Assembly (NCBI RefSeq): GCF_000195755.1
Contig: NC_002937.3
Location: 2,730,001 to 2,762,000, forward strand
From: Nitratidesulfovibrio vulgaris str. Hildenborough
GTDB taxonomy: Bacteria > Desulfobacterota > Desulfovibrionia > Desulfovibrionales > Desulfovibrionaceae
Direction of reading: 5' to 3'
Length of the DNA stretch: 32,000 nt
The notes under the pieces are model-generated. The model was not told the origin of the DNA and ran no database searches. It saw only the letters and a list, made by a program, of their open reading frames with translations. Positions 22,529 to 31,533 of this stretch are shown here, one piece after another. The translations under genes and the position numbers were made by a program. Each line of letters begins with the position of its first letter. The first letter of the stretch is position 1.

Positions 22529-24154
22529 TCATGCCCGCTCTTCCGCGTCGCACGGGGGGAGTTCCACCATGACCCCCAGCAACCCCTCTTCGCCCTCCGA
22601 ACTCACGAAGGGTCGCTTCGACACCCGGAATCGCCTCTCCAGCCCGTCGCCGCAGACAATGCGCACATCCATGCTCTGCACACCGCCATCACGCCAGAGA
22701 AGCTCTTCGCCACGACGCATCTCCTCAAGGTAGATGGGCAGATACACTCCCGGAAAATCCTCGGGCCGCTTGCCCGCCACCTCGGCAATGTCGACACCCA
22801 GAACCAGTTCGGCGAAGTTGTCGTTGCAGTCGATGAACGCCCCCTCCCTGTTACGGAAGAAGATGGGGCACGGGACGGCGTTCATGAGCGACCGCAAGAA
22901 TTCGAGGCGATGCCTCGCCTTGCCCTCCACCTCGCGACGCATGTCTATCTCTTCACGATAGGCGGCGTTGAGGCGTGTGAGCTCGAGGGTACGCTCCTGG
23001 ACCCTGTCCTCAAGACGGGACGTATGGGCCTCGAGGTTGCCCATGAGCCGGTTGAAATCATCGGCGAGGCGGCCCACCTCGTCCTGCCCCTCCGGCACGA
23101 AGCGCACGGCAAGATCGCCCTCCGCCCCTCGCCGGACGGCATGGGCCAGCCTTCGCAGGGGGCCGAGGGCAGCCGCCACGCACCACCAGCCCAGAAGCGC
23201 AAGCATGACCCCGCCCCCCGTCACAGCCACCATCGTCACGTTGCGCAACTCGAGTACCGGAGCCTGCAACTCGTCCATGTAGCCCGATGCGACCACGATC
23301 CAGTCATATTCGGGCATGTAGGTGAACGCAGCCACCTTCTCGCGGAAGCTGCCATCACCGGGGTTCTTCCATGTATAACGGATTCGCCCTTCACGCCGTT
23401 CGAGCATCTCCTGCACGAAACGTCGCCCCGAACCGTCGCGCCAATCCTGCCCAGTGTGCTCGTCCCGCCATGGGTGGATGAGCAGTTCACCTCCCCCGGT
23501 GAGCATGTAGGCGTAGCCTGTCTCGCCGATGCGGAACGAAAGCACCGTGTCCTTGAAGGCATTGATATCCACAAGATCCCGGAATTCATCACGGTACGCC
23601 GATGCGCTGATGATCCAGTCCCATGGCTCGTAACGGACCATGTACAAGGCCTTGGGACGCCGCCGACTTTCGCCGGGATTGCGCCATTCATACTGTATAT
23701 AGCCGCTTTGCCGGCGCAACTGTTCCTGGACGAACGTGTAGTTTGATAGATTCTGCCCCACCAGCGGCACCTGCGGATGCACCTGCATGACGCCGGTCGA
23801 CCCGATGACATAGACATAGCCTGATGTTCCCACACGAAGTGCCAGCAACATCCGCGCGGCCTGCGCCTTGGCCTCTTCCTCGCTCATGCGGCCGGTGCGC
23901 GCGAGTGCCCCGTAGGTGGAGACGATGTCGAGGGCCTTCTCGGAAACGGCCCGGAGGTAACTCGTCACGGAAAGGTCGGCCGCAAGTCGCACCACGGTCT
24001 GGATACTCTGTGCCGTATCCTCGACACGCGACTGCACCTCCCTGTCCATGACGCGACGCATGCCCATGTAGCTGTAGGTTGCCGTGCCCGCCACTGCCAG
24101 CAGAAAGACGGCCAGAAATCCGACGAAGAGCCTGCCGCGTATGCCTGAGAACAT
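22529..24154 (-). CDS. membrane sensor: tandem Cache-like periplasmic modules, TM, HAMP, coiled coil, C-terminal PAS; no recognisable output domain
   Basis: GGAG sits 8 nt before the ATG at 24154 (the track starts at GTG 24163). The Cache-like repeats are GTSGYVYVIGSTGVMQVHPQ...YEWRNPGE...ALYMVRYEPWDWIISASAY and GETGYAYMLTGGGELLIHPW...YTWKNPGD...AAFTYMPEYDWIVVASGY. HAMP is LGPLRRLAHAVRRGAEGDLAVRF...DEVGRLADDFNRLMGNL. PAS-like is FLRSLMNAVPCPIFFRNREGAFIDCNDNFAEL.... The protein ends 20-30 aa after the PAS. Confidence 0.8.
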   Translation of the reverse strand: MFSGIRGRLFVGFLAVFLLAVAGTATYSYMGMRRVMDREVQSRVEDTAQSIQTVVRLAADLSVTSYLRAVSEKALDIVSTYGALARTGRMSEEEAKAQAARMLLALRVGTSGYVYVIGSTGVMQVHPQVPLVGQNLSNYTFVQEQLRRQSGYIQYEWRNPGESRRRPKALYMVRYEPWDWIISASAYRDEFRDLVDINAFKDTVLSFRIGETGYAYMLTGGGELLIHPWRDEHTGQDWRDGSGRRFVQEMLERREGRIRYTWKNPGDGSFREKVAAFTYMPEYDWIVVASGYMDELQAPVLELRNVTMVAVTGGGVMLALLGWWCVAAALGPLRRLAHAVRRGAEGDLAVRFVPEGQDEVGRLADDFNRLMGNLEAHTSRLEDRVQERTLELTRLNAAYREEIDMRREVEGKARHRLEFLRSLMNAVPCPIFFRNREGAFIDCNDNFAELVLGVDIAEVAGKRPEDFPGVYLPIYLEEMRRGEELLWRDGGVQSMDVRIVCGDGLERRFRVSKRPFVSSEGEEGLLGVMVELPPCDAEERA

Positions 24155-24319
24155 GGGGTACACTCCATTGCGTTCAGAATGTACCCCATTGTGACAGATA
24201 GCGGTCGATGAAGGAAGTGCGGCGCGAAAAGCCGGTGGCCCCCGGCCGCTTCGGCCTCAGGGATTCAAACAGAAGAAACGTGCAAGGGCACAGGTGGCAG
24301 GCACGCCCGCAATACGACA

Positions 24320-25408
24320 TCAGGCATCGCGACGGGCTGCCATCTGGCGCAAGCGGGCCGCCAGCCAGAGGACATCGCCAGGGGTCACGGCAGAGAGGCC
24401 CGGCGTGACGACGATGACGGGCAACACCTCGCCCTGCGTCGTCAGACACTCAAGGCGGGACGGGCCGAGTATCGGCATCGCCACCCGGAAGCCTTCAACA
24501 TCATCGAACTCCCGCTCCCAGAGCGTATGCTTCCGGTCGAAGAGCCTCTCGCCCGCCTGCAGCAGTCGCCCGCGCACGGCAAGCCAGCCTCCCCCGAAGA
24601 CCCCGCGCAAAAGGCGCCCCATGACCACATAGGTAAAGAAGCCTCCGACGAAGACCATGACAAGACCTTCGACAAAGCCGCCTGCAAGCATCAGCGACAA
24701 ACCGTAGCCCACAACGCACAGAAGCGCACCGCTGACAAAAGCCATCAGACCCAATGCCGCACCTCCGGGCGAGACCGACCATTGCCAGCTTCGCCCTCTG
24801 GCGTCCTGCGCCAATGCAGACCCCGGAGAAGGTTCCCGGGGCACCCCGGGACATGCCGCCACGGTTCCGTCGCCGACGGCCTCCCCCCCTGCCGCAGCCG
24901 TCTTCCCCGGAGGCGTCCCGGATGAGGGCCCTCCACCGGCCTCGAACGGAAGCCCCATATGTGCCGCAAGCGACTCGCCAAGACGGGTCAGCGGTTCCTG
25001 CCGCGAACCACGGTCGAGCCCTATCCAGCCACCATCGCACAAGACCAGCGCAAGTTCACAGTGCCTCCCGCCCCGTCCGACACGCATGGTGCGCAACGCC
25101 GCGACCTCGCACAGGGGCACCTGCGCCACGTCGGCCCTTCTGCGGCCAAGCAGATAGACAGCCCCTTCAATGGCATCGAAGACAACGTCGCGCATCCGTG
25201 CCCGCAACAGGCCGACCACAAGCAGCAGCATCAGCGACGCGACAAGCAGAAAGACACCGCCAAGGGCGTCTTCCCCCATGACAAGCCCCGCCCCGGCAAG
25301 ACACATCGACGACAGAAGCAACGCCATGCCCGGGGCCGCCTTGTATTCGGGGCCGGGCACCAGCCGCATCACCCCTGCGGAATCTTGCGATACGCGCATG
25401 AAACCCAT
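24320..25408 (-). CDS. membrane protein with internal duplication: 2 x (TM hairpin + small beta-rich domain), YdbT/bPH-like architecture
   Basis: GGGAGGAG lies upstream of ATG 25408/25399. Half 1 has TMs (ALLLSSMCLAGAGLVMG, GGVFLLVASLMLLLVVGLL) and then VVFDAIEGAVYLLGRR...ELALVLCDGGWIGL. Half 2 has TMs (AALGLMAFVSGALLCVVGYGLSLML, LVMVFVGGFFTYVVMG) and then WLAVRGRLLQAGERL...LECLTTQGEVLPVIVV. A Gly/Pro/Ala-rich linker joins the halves. Family assignment is tentative. Confidence 0.65.
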   Translation of the reverse strand: MGFMRVSQDSAGVMRLVPGPEYKAAPGMALLLSSMCLAGAGLVMGEDALGGVFLLVASLMLLLVVGLLRARMRDVVFDAIEGAVYLLGRRRADVAQVPLCEVAALRTMRVGRGGRHCELALVLCDGGWIGLDRGSRQEPLTRLGESLAAHMGLPFEAGGGPSSGTPPGKTAAAGGEAVGDGTVAACPGVPREPSPGSALAQDARGRSWQWSVSPGGAALGLMAFVSGALLCVVGYGLSLMLAGGFVEGLVMVFVGGFFTYVVMGRLLRGVFGGGWLAVRGRLLQAGERLFDRKHTLWEREFDDVEGFRVAMPILGPSRLECLTTQGEVLPVIVVTPGLSAVTPGDVLWLAARLRQMAARRDA

Positions 25409-25630
25409 TGCTCCTCCCGATTCGTCCCTTGCGGGATGTCACACGCTTTTCATCGTCAGGACATGACAGCACGGCATTACAACCGCCCTGCATCATGCCG
25501 TTTTTCTATCCGTCTTGCTAGCCCGAGACGTGCGGACAGCCAACTCCGGGGCTTTACAAGTCGCCCTGTGGACCCTATCCATGCACCTCACGCGGCAACT
25601 GCCGCAACCAGATGAAAGGAGCCTTTTCCC

Positions 25631-25933
25631 ATGCATCAGTATGTACCCAAGGGCGTATGTGCCAAACAGATAAGCTTCTCCATCGAAGACGGCCTTCTCC
25701 ACGATGTGCGCTTCGCCGGTGGCTGTCCCGGCAACCTTGAAGGCATTTCGCGTCTGCTTGAGGGAATGCCCGTGGAGGCTGTCATCGAAAAGTTCTCCGG
25801 CATCACCTGCGGCAACAAGCCGACCTCGTGCCCCGACCAGCTTGCGAAGATACTCGCGCAGGTCGAAGCCGGAGAACAGCCCACCCGCCCGGCGCAGCCC
25901 GTCTCGTTTGGCCTGCGCCCCCTCGGCCTCTAG
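25631..25933 (+). CDS. TSCPD-domain protein (TIGR03905-like four-Cys family)
   Basis: AAGGAG sits 9 nt before ATG 25631. The sequence YVPKGVCAKQISFSIEDGLLHDVRFAGGCPGNLEGISRLLEGMPVEAVIEKFSGITCGNKPTSCPDQLAKIL matches my memory of this family, including the literal TSCPDQ. It has a short extra C-terminal tail. Confidence 0.8.
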   Translation: MHQYVPKGVCAKQISFSIEDGLLHDVRFAGGCPGNLEGISRLLEGMPVEAVIEKFSGITCGNKPTSCPDQLAKILAQVEAGEQPTRPAQPVSFGLRPLGL

Positions 25934-26285
25934 TCTCTTCCTGCCTCCTGGGCCTAGACAGACGTGACATACGCGGCCCTGCCCTGTGACCGGGGCGGGC
26001 CGCGTTTCTGTGTGCCACCCGCCATCGGCCTACGATGCCTCGTTTCGCGAAACCCCGTCGTGGCGACGTGCTGACGCCCTCATGCCTGACCAGCCCCGGT
26101 ACGGACGCGACCAAGCCCCCCGGGATGACGCGCCGGCACGACAGGACACCCCCGGATACCGTTGACACCCGCAGCGCGCAGACATAAGACGCGAATGACC
26201 CCGCCGCAGAAGTCCCGGCACCCGTCCGGCACTGCGGCAACGCGCATCCACGCGTCTGTCAGGTGTCCCCATCGAGGAGTACGAA

Positions 26286-27026
26286 ATGCCTTCCTGCCTC
26301 CACTGCCGCACCATCCGGGTCGCGGCCCTCTGCCTGTTGCTGCTTCTCAACGCCTGTGTGGCCGACATGAGCGGCCCCGAACGCCATCTCGAGACATCCG
26401 CACCTGCGCGTGTGTATGACGACAGCACTCCGGTGCAGGTGTTCGACGCCTATACGCTCTCCACCTTCATGGGCCGCCACGCCGAGGCCTGCGCGAAGGC
26501 GGGGCTCACGCCCGCACAGCTCAAGAGTGCCGAACAACAGACCTTCGCCGCCGGTGACTGGCGTCCCGACGACTATGGTCAGGCACTGCGGCAACGGCTC
26601 GACCTGCGCTCGTTCCCCTCATTGCTGACCGGCTTCACCAACGACTCGCAACGCACACATCTCGCTCCGTCGTGGCAGACCGTCCAACTCGACAAGACGG
26701 CCTACACCGGGCGGACAGACGACCTCGAATGCACCTATGTGGTGTTCGCCACCGCCGACTGGAACGGCAACGGGGTGCGCGACTGGCTCGTCCTGCATAC
26801 GCAGCAGTCGCCGCACGACCGTACCCTGCGCCTGGCCTTCTGGCTCGTCATCACCGACCCGCAGCCCAAGGGCGGCCTGTTGCAGGCACAGTTGCTCGCC
26901 ATCGACGAATATGAAGGACTGGCAGCCCGTTCCATCCCCGCCGGGGAAGCTCGCGACTACGTGGCGGGCATCCTCAACGACCGCATCCTGCCTGCGGCCG
27001 GGCGTCCTGCCTCGGCCCCCCGGTAA
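26286..27026 (+). CDS. lipoprotein, paralog A (single FG-GAP-like DWNGNG loop)
   Basis: GAGGAG sits 6 nt before ATG 26286. The signal is IRVAALCLLLLLNAC. The core is CTYVVFATADWNGNGVRDWLVLHTQQ...LLQAQLLAIDEYE. Confidence 0.7.
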   Translation: MPSCLHCRTIRVAALCLLLLLNACVADMSGPERHLETSAPARVYDDSTPVQVFDAYTLSTFMGRHAEACAKAGLTPAQLKSAEQQTFAAGDWRPDDYGQALRQRLDLRSFPSLLTGFTNDSQRTHLAPSWQTVQLDKTAYTGRTDDLECTYVVFATADWNGNGVRDWLVLHTQQSPHDRTLRLAFWLVITDPQPKGGLLQAQLLAIDEYEGLAARSIPAGEARDYVAGILNDRILPAAGRPASAPR

Positions 27027-27047
27027 GCCTCTCAACGGAGCCATCCC

Positions 27048-27782
27048 ATGCGCACAACGCATCGCATAGCCATCATGCTGCTTTCCCTCGTCCTGTCGGG
27101 CTGCGCCATGCAGCAGCCCGTCGAGGTGCTTCGCCCCGACGAGTTCTCCACCATGGCAACCCGCCTGCGCACCGAACTCGTCCGACGCGGACTCCTCGAC
27201 GAGAACGGGGCCTATGAACCGGGCCTGCCCATGAACAGCCACGGCGAATACCGCCCGGCCTCGTTCGGCGAAGAACTCTACAAGCGCCTCTCCACCCGTT
27301 TCAGGATGCCCGACGCCGCCACCGGCGGCCTCACCCCCGAGACATTCGCCGCCTCGGCCTCGCCGCGCGACGATGTCCGTATCGGCAAGGGCGGCTTCGT
27401 CATGGCGCAGGGGATGGATATCATCACCGTCTCCATCATCGCCGTCACGGACTGGAACGGCGACGGGGTCAACGACTGGCTCCTTGTCTGCCGGGTGAAG
27501 CCCCTGCTGGGCAACGGCCCGCGCGACTACTACCTTGCGGTCGACAACGTCACGGCCGAAGGGGTACTGCAACCCAAGATCATCGCCATCTACGACTGTC
27601 AGGACGGCACTTGCGTCCTAGTCACCGGCAAGGCGCGCAAGGATGTTCTCGGCTTCGACCCGGAACACCCCTATGTGGACGCCACCCCCGGCGACCAGGT
27701 GACGCTGCCGCCCGGCAGCCCCGCCCCGACCGGGGGCGTGCACGAGGACAGGCGAGTCGAAGAGCAGTCGCTCGCCAACTGA
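27048..27782 (+). CDS. lipoprotein, paralog B (single FG-GAP-like DWNGDG loop)
   Basis: GGAG sits 7 nt before ATG 27048. The signal is IAIMLLSLVLSGC. The core is ITVSIIAVTDWNGDGVNDWLLVCRVK...VLQPKIIAIYDCQ. Size and layout match the preceding gene. Confidence 0.7.
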   Translation: MRTTHRIAIMLLSLVLSGCAMQQPVEVLRPDEFSTMATRLRTELVRRGLLDENGAYEPGLPMNSHGEYRPASFGEELYKRLSTRFRMPDAATGGLTPETFAASASPRDDVRIGKGGFVMAQGMDIITVSIIAVTDWNGDGVNDWLLVCRVKPLLGNGPRDYYLAVDNVTAEGVLQPKIIAIYDCQDGTCVLVTGKARKDVLGFDPEHPYVDATPGDQVTLPPGSPAPTGGVHEDRRVEEQSLAN

Positions 27783-27847
27783 CCGTACGACACTCGTGTG
27801 GCGCATTCTCCGGGGTGCGCCACACCGCGTTCATGCAAGGAGCAATC

Positions 27848-28291
27848 ATGGGCAAGGACTACGCCACCGACATGCACACGGCCGAACACGTCCTCAACGG
27901 GGTCATGGTCGCCACCTTCGGCTGCGGACGCTGCTTCAGTGCCCACATCAACCCCAAGAAGTCCAAATGCGACTACCACTTCGACGGGGTGTTCAGCGAT
28001 GCCGAGGCGCGCCTCGTCGAAGAGAGGGTCAACGCCATCCTGCAAAGCGGGCAACCTGTCGTCGAGACCTTCCTCTCGCGCGAAGAGGCGGCCGTCCGCT
28101 TCGACCTGACCCGCCTTCCCGCCGATGCGGGCGAGACCGTGCGTGTCATCTCCGTAGGTGAGCATGACGCCTGCCCGTGCATCGGCCCCCACGTGGCGAA
28201 CACGCTCGAAGTGGGAACACTTCGCATCATCTCGCACGACCTGAACGACGGTGTATTGCGACTGCGCTTCAGACTCGACGCGGCTTCATAG
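27848..28291 (+). CDS. AlaX-type tRNA editing protein (Thr/Ala-tRNA synthetase second additional domain, tRNA_SAD)
   Basis: AAGGAG sits 5 nt before ATG 27848. The zinc motifs are HTAEH (HxxxH) and CPCIGPH (CxxxH), with the overall pattern MHTAEHVLNGVMV...VRVISVGEHDACPCIGPHV. The upstream 27611-27847 part of the track ORF is rejected. Confidence 0.75.
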   Translation: MGKDYATDMHTAEHVLNGVMVATFGCGRCFSAHINPKKSKCDYHFDGVFSDAEARLVEERVNAILQSGQPVVETFLSREEAAVRFDLTRLPADAGETVRVISVGEHDACPCIGPHVANTLEVGTLRIISHDLNDGVLRLRFRLDAAS

Positions 28292-28392
28292 CCCCCTCCC
28301 TCGCCCCTGCCGCTGTGCATCGGCGACCTGCCGTCTCGGCCGTCCACAGGGGTGTGAACGTCTATGGCGGTCGCACGCATTCCGCCGCCCTT

Positions 28393-28420
28393 CTTGACAC
28401 CGTGCCGATGCGTCCTACTT
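28393..28420 (+). promoter_or_regulatory. heat-shock (sigma32-like) promoter candidate CTTGACA-N14-CCTACTT upstream of htpG
   Basis: Read directly. A second overlapping possibility is CTTGAAA (28418-28424) followed by CCCAAGGG. Both are imperfect matches to CTTGAAA-N13-17-CCCCATNT. Confidence 0.25.
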
Positions 28421-28471
28421 GAAACCCGCAAGGGGTTCGCCCAAGGGCCCCAAGGACAAGGAGGAACACGC

Positions 28472-30385
28472 ATGGCAACAGCACCCGCCTCGCACGCCTT
28501 CCGCACCGAAGTGCGGAAGATGCTGCACATCATCACCCACTCGCTCTACACCAACCGCGAGATATTCCTGCGCGAACTGGTCTCCAACGCCTCGGACGCA
28601 CTCGACAAGCTGCGCTTCATCCGCAGCCGCGGCGATGCCGTCGTCGCCCCCGACCTCGCTCCCGGTATCGACATCTCCGTCGACAAGGAGGCACGCATCC
28701 TGACCATCGCCGATACCGGTGTCGGCATGACCAGACAGGAACTGATGGACAACCTCGGCACCATCGCCCGCTCAGGTTCGGAGCAGTTCGTCGCCGACCT
28801 CGCCGCGGCGGAGAACGCGAAGGATGCGGACGCGGCATCCATCATCGGTCGCTTCGGCGTGGGCTTCTACGCGGTCTTCATGGTCGCCGACCGGGTTGAG
28901 GTCACCTCGCGTTCATACATCGAAGGCGAAGCCGCGCACACATGGACGTCTGACGGGCTTGGGGAGTTCACCGTCGAAGAAGCCACGGGCGACATCCCGC
29001 AACGCGGCACCGTCATCAAGGCCCACCTGCGTGAGGATGCCGCGGAGTTCCTCGAAAAGTACCGTATCGAGGGCATCCTCCGTAAGCACTCGCAGTTCAT
29101 CTCCTTCCCCATCCGGGTCGACGGCGAACAGGTCAACACCACGCCCGCCCTGTGGCGCGAGCCCAAGTTCTCCATCACCGACGAACAGTACGCCGACTTC
29201 TACAAGCATCTCACCTTCGACACCGAAGCGCCCCTTCGCACCCTGCATGTCAGTGTCGACGCTCCAGTGCAGTTCACAGGACTCGTCTTCGTACCACCGC
29301 ACGGGCAGGAGGTGTTCTCCATGGGACGCGACCGGTGGGGGCTCGACCTCTACGTACGGCGTGTACTCATCCAGCGAGAGAACAAGGACCTGCTTCCGGA
29401 GTATCTCGGCTTCCTCAAGGGCATCGTCGACACCGAAGACCTTCCCCTCAACATCTCACGCGAGACGCTGCAAGAGAACGTCGTGGTGCGCAAGATAGGG
29501 CAGACGCTGACAAAGCAGGTGCTTGCAGACCTCGCCCGACTCGCCGCCGACGACGCAGAGGCCTATGCCACCTTCTGGCGGCAGCATGGCAAGGTGTTCA
29601 AGCTGGGCTACAGCGACTACGCCAACCGCGAGAAGTTCGCGCCGCTGCTGCGTTTCAACTCGTCGCATCATGACGACGCGCAAGGCCTCACATCGCTGGA
29701 CGACTATATCTCCCGCGCCCGTGAAGGGCAGAAGGAGATATGGTACATCGCCGCGCCGGGGCGTGAAGCGGCCCGACTCGACCCGCGGGTGGAAGTCTTC
29801 CGCCGCAAGGGGCTTGAGGTCCTCTATCTCCTCGAACCCATCGACGAGTTCGTTCTGGAGACCCTTGACAGCTACAGCGATTTCTCGTTCAAGGCCGTCG
29901 AACACGCCGATGGAGAGAAGCTGGCCCAATTCGAGGATACCGGCCCGGCAAGGGACGTGACCCCGCTCACCGAAGACGAAGACGCCGCCTTCGCGAGACT
30001 CATCGAACGCATGAAGGCGCTTCTCGGTGATGCCGTCGAAGACGTACGCATCTCTCACCGCCTTGCCGACAGCCCTGCGTGCCTCGTACAACCCGGTGGT
30101 GCCTCCACGTCGTCCATGGACAGGCTTCTGCGGGTGCTGCACAAGGACGAGTCGGTGCCGCGCAAGGTGTTCGAGGTCAACCGCGACCATCCCATCCTGC
30201 GCAACCTGCTCAAGGTCTTCACCAGCGACGCATCCGACCCGCTTGTGGAAGACACGACCCGACAGTTGTTCGCCACCAGCCTCATGCTTGACGGCTACCT
30301 CAAGGACCCGCATGAACTTGCGGCCATGATGCATCGACTCATGGAGAAGTCCGGAGACTGGTACAAGGCGGTACGGGGCCTCTAA
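28472..30385 (+). CDS. htpG: molecular chaperone HtpG (Hsp90)
   Basis: AGGAGG sits 7 nt before ATG 28472. Canonical motifs are [62 protein letters not shown] and [12 protein letters not shown]. The full length is about 637 aa. The track start at 28364 is upstream of the RBS and rejected. Confidence 0.95.
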
Positions 30386-30416
30386 CCTCTGTTCCTGACC
30401 CGTCATCCATCACGAA

Positions 30417-30443
30417 ACGGCCCCGGTATAGAACCGGGGCCGT
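30417..30443 (+). terminator. rho-independent terminator of htpG
   Basis: acggccccgg-tatagaa-ccggggccgt followed by tttcgct, 31 nt after the stop. Confidence 0.8.
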
Positions 30444-30650
30444 TTTCGCTCACATGCCGATGACCAAAAGGAAGCGGAGGCTACTGCCTCCGCGACATGA
30501 CGCACACACGCCAAGCGAACCATGCCACTCGGCGAATGTCTATGGGTGCATGGGCCGGGGCAGGCAGTGGCCCCATGTTCCGGTCGTTTCATGGTCCTTC
30601 AGGTTCGTGACGACCCGAAGCAGCCTGCGGTCTGACAGGGCGAAAGCCCT

Positions 30651-30678
30651 GCGTCATGCGTCATGCCTCATGCCTCAA
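30651..30678. repeat. four tandem copies of a 7-bp unit (GCGTCAT GCGTCAT GCCTCAT GCCTCAa)
   Basis: Read directly, within the 400-bp convergent intergenic region. Confidence 0.7.
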
Positions 30679-30702
30679 GGAAGGGGCGGCCCTGCCTTCG
30701 GC

Positions 30703-30722
30703 AAAACGGGGTGTGCTCCCCG
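30703..30722 (-). terminator. terminator candidate for the GntR gene
   Basis: On the minus strand: cgggg-agcaca-ccccg followed by tttt, about 60 nt downstream of the stop at 30784. Confidence 0.5.
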
Positions 30723-30783
30723 AAAATCAAGACACCGTAAGGGCCCGGCGTTCGCATGGATGCTCGCCACGTAAGGGGCAGGC

Positions 30784-31455
30784 TCAAGGATGGGGCATCA
30801 TGTCCGTACCCCAGCGGGCCATTCGCCTGCCAGAGTCCACATAGTGGTTGCGGATGGTGCTTTCGATGAACACCGGGTCGCGTGTGAGCATGGCCTCGAG
30901 TACGACCTTGTGACGCCGGAGAACCTCTTCAGGGGTGAATGCCGTGCGCCAGTAACGGAACAGCAGGAATTTGGAGATGCCCTGACAGGCGCGACGCGAA
31001 AGTTCGACCAGAAGCTGGTTGTCCGTGCGCGAAAAGATGACGTCGTGGAAGGCCGTGTCGAGTGTCGCAAGTTCGTCCATGTCACCATCACGGGCCACAC
31101 AGTCTGCCATGCTGTCGACAACGGCCTTGAGTCTGGCGAAGTCGTCATCCGTAAACATGTGGATGGTGGAGGCAGCCGCAGCCCCTTCCAGCACACCACC
31201 CGTGAAATAGCTGTTGCGTATCTCTTTCGATGTCAACGTGGCGATGGACTTGCCGCGCTGTGGTGTGGAAACGATGAGGCCTTCCTGTACGAGGAGTTGT
31301 AACGCTTCACGGATGGGCGCACGGCTGATTGAAAGGCGCGAGGCGAGAAGCACTTCGTTGACCTTGTCACCCGGTGCGAATTCGCCAGCGAGGATGCGCT
31401 CCTTGATATATTCGGTAATCTGGTGCGAATAGGTCTGTTTGGTGATGCCCTGCAT
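30784..31455 (-). CDS. GntR-family transcriptional regulator, FadR/FCD subfamily
   Basis: GAGGA sits 5 nt before the ATG at 31455. The winged HTH is ITEYIKERILAGEFAPGDKVNEVLLASRLSISRAPIREALQLLVQEGLIVSTPQRG. The C-terminal helical FCD-like domain has FHDVIF...H residues. The track start at 31527 is upstream of the RBS. Confidence 0.85.
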   Translation of the reverse strand: MQGITKQTYSHQITEYIKERILAGEFAPGDKVNEVLLASRLSISRAPIREALQLLVQEGLIVSTPQRGKSIATLTSKEIRNSYFTGGVLEGAAAASTIHMFTDDDFARLKAVVDSMADCVARDGDMDELATLDTAFHDVIFSRTDNQLLVELSRRACQGISKFLLFRYWRTAFTPEEVLRRHKVVLEAMLTRDPVFIESTIRNHYVDSGRRMARWGTDMMPHP

Positions 31456-31533
31456 GCGTTCCTCTGTGCTGTTGTTCTTCGTGCTGATATCGGCACACCA
31501 GACCTGGGTCAAGCCGTGTGGCTGCATGACCCA

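Noticed and set aside
22166-23746. 526-aa plus-strand ORF
   Set aside because: It is antisense to the Cache-HAMP-PAS sensor and HlyD genes, both of which have clear domain signatures. Its composition is His/Arg/Pro-rich.
26619-27572. 317-aa minus-strand ORF
   Set aside because: It is antisense to the two paralogous lipoprotein genes, which have RBSs and lipoboxes. Its translation is Gly/Asp/Val/Arg-rich and shadow-like.
30454-30774. 106-aa plus-strand ORF in the htpG / GntR convergent gap
   Set aside because: It is Arg/Pro/Cys-rich, has no RBS, and starts inside the region just after the htpG terminator.
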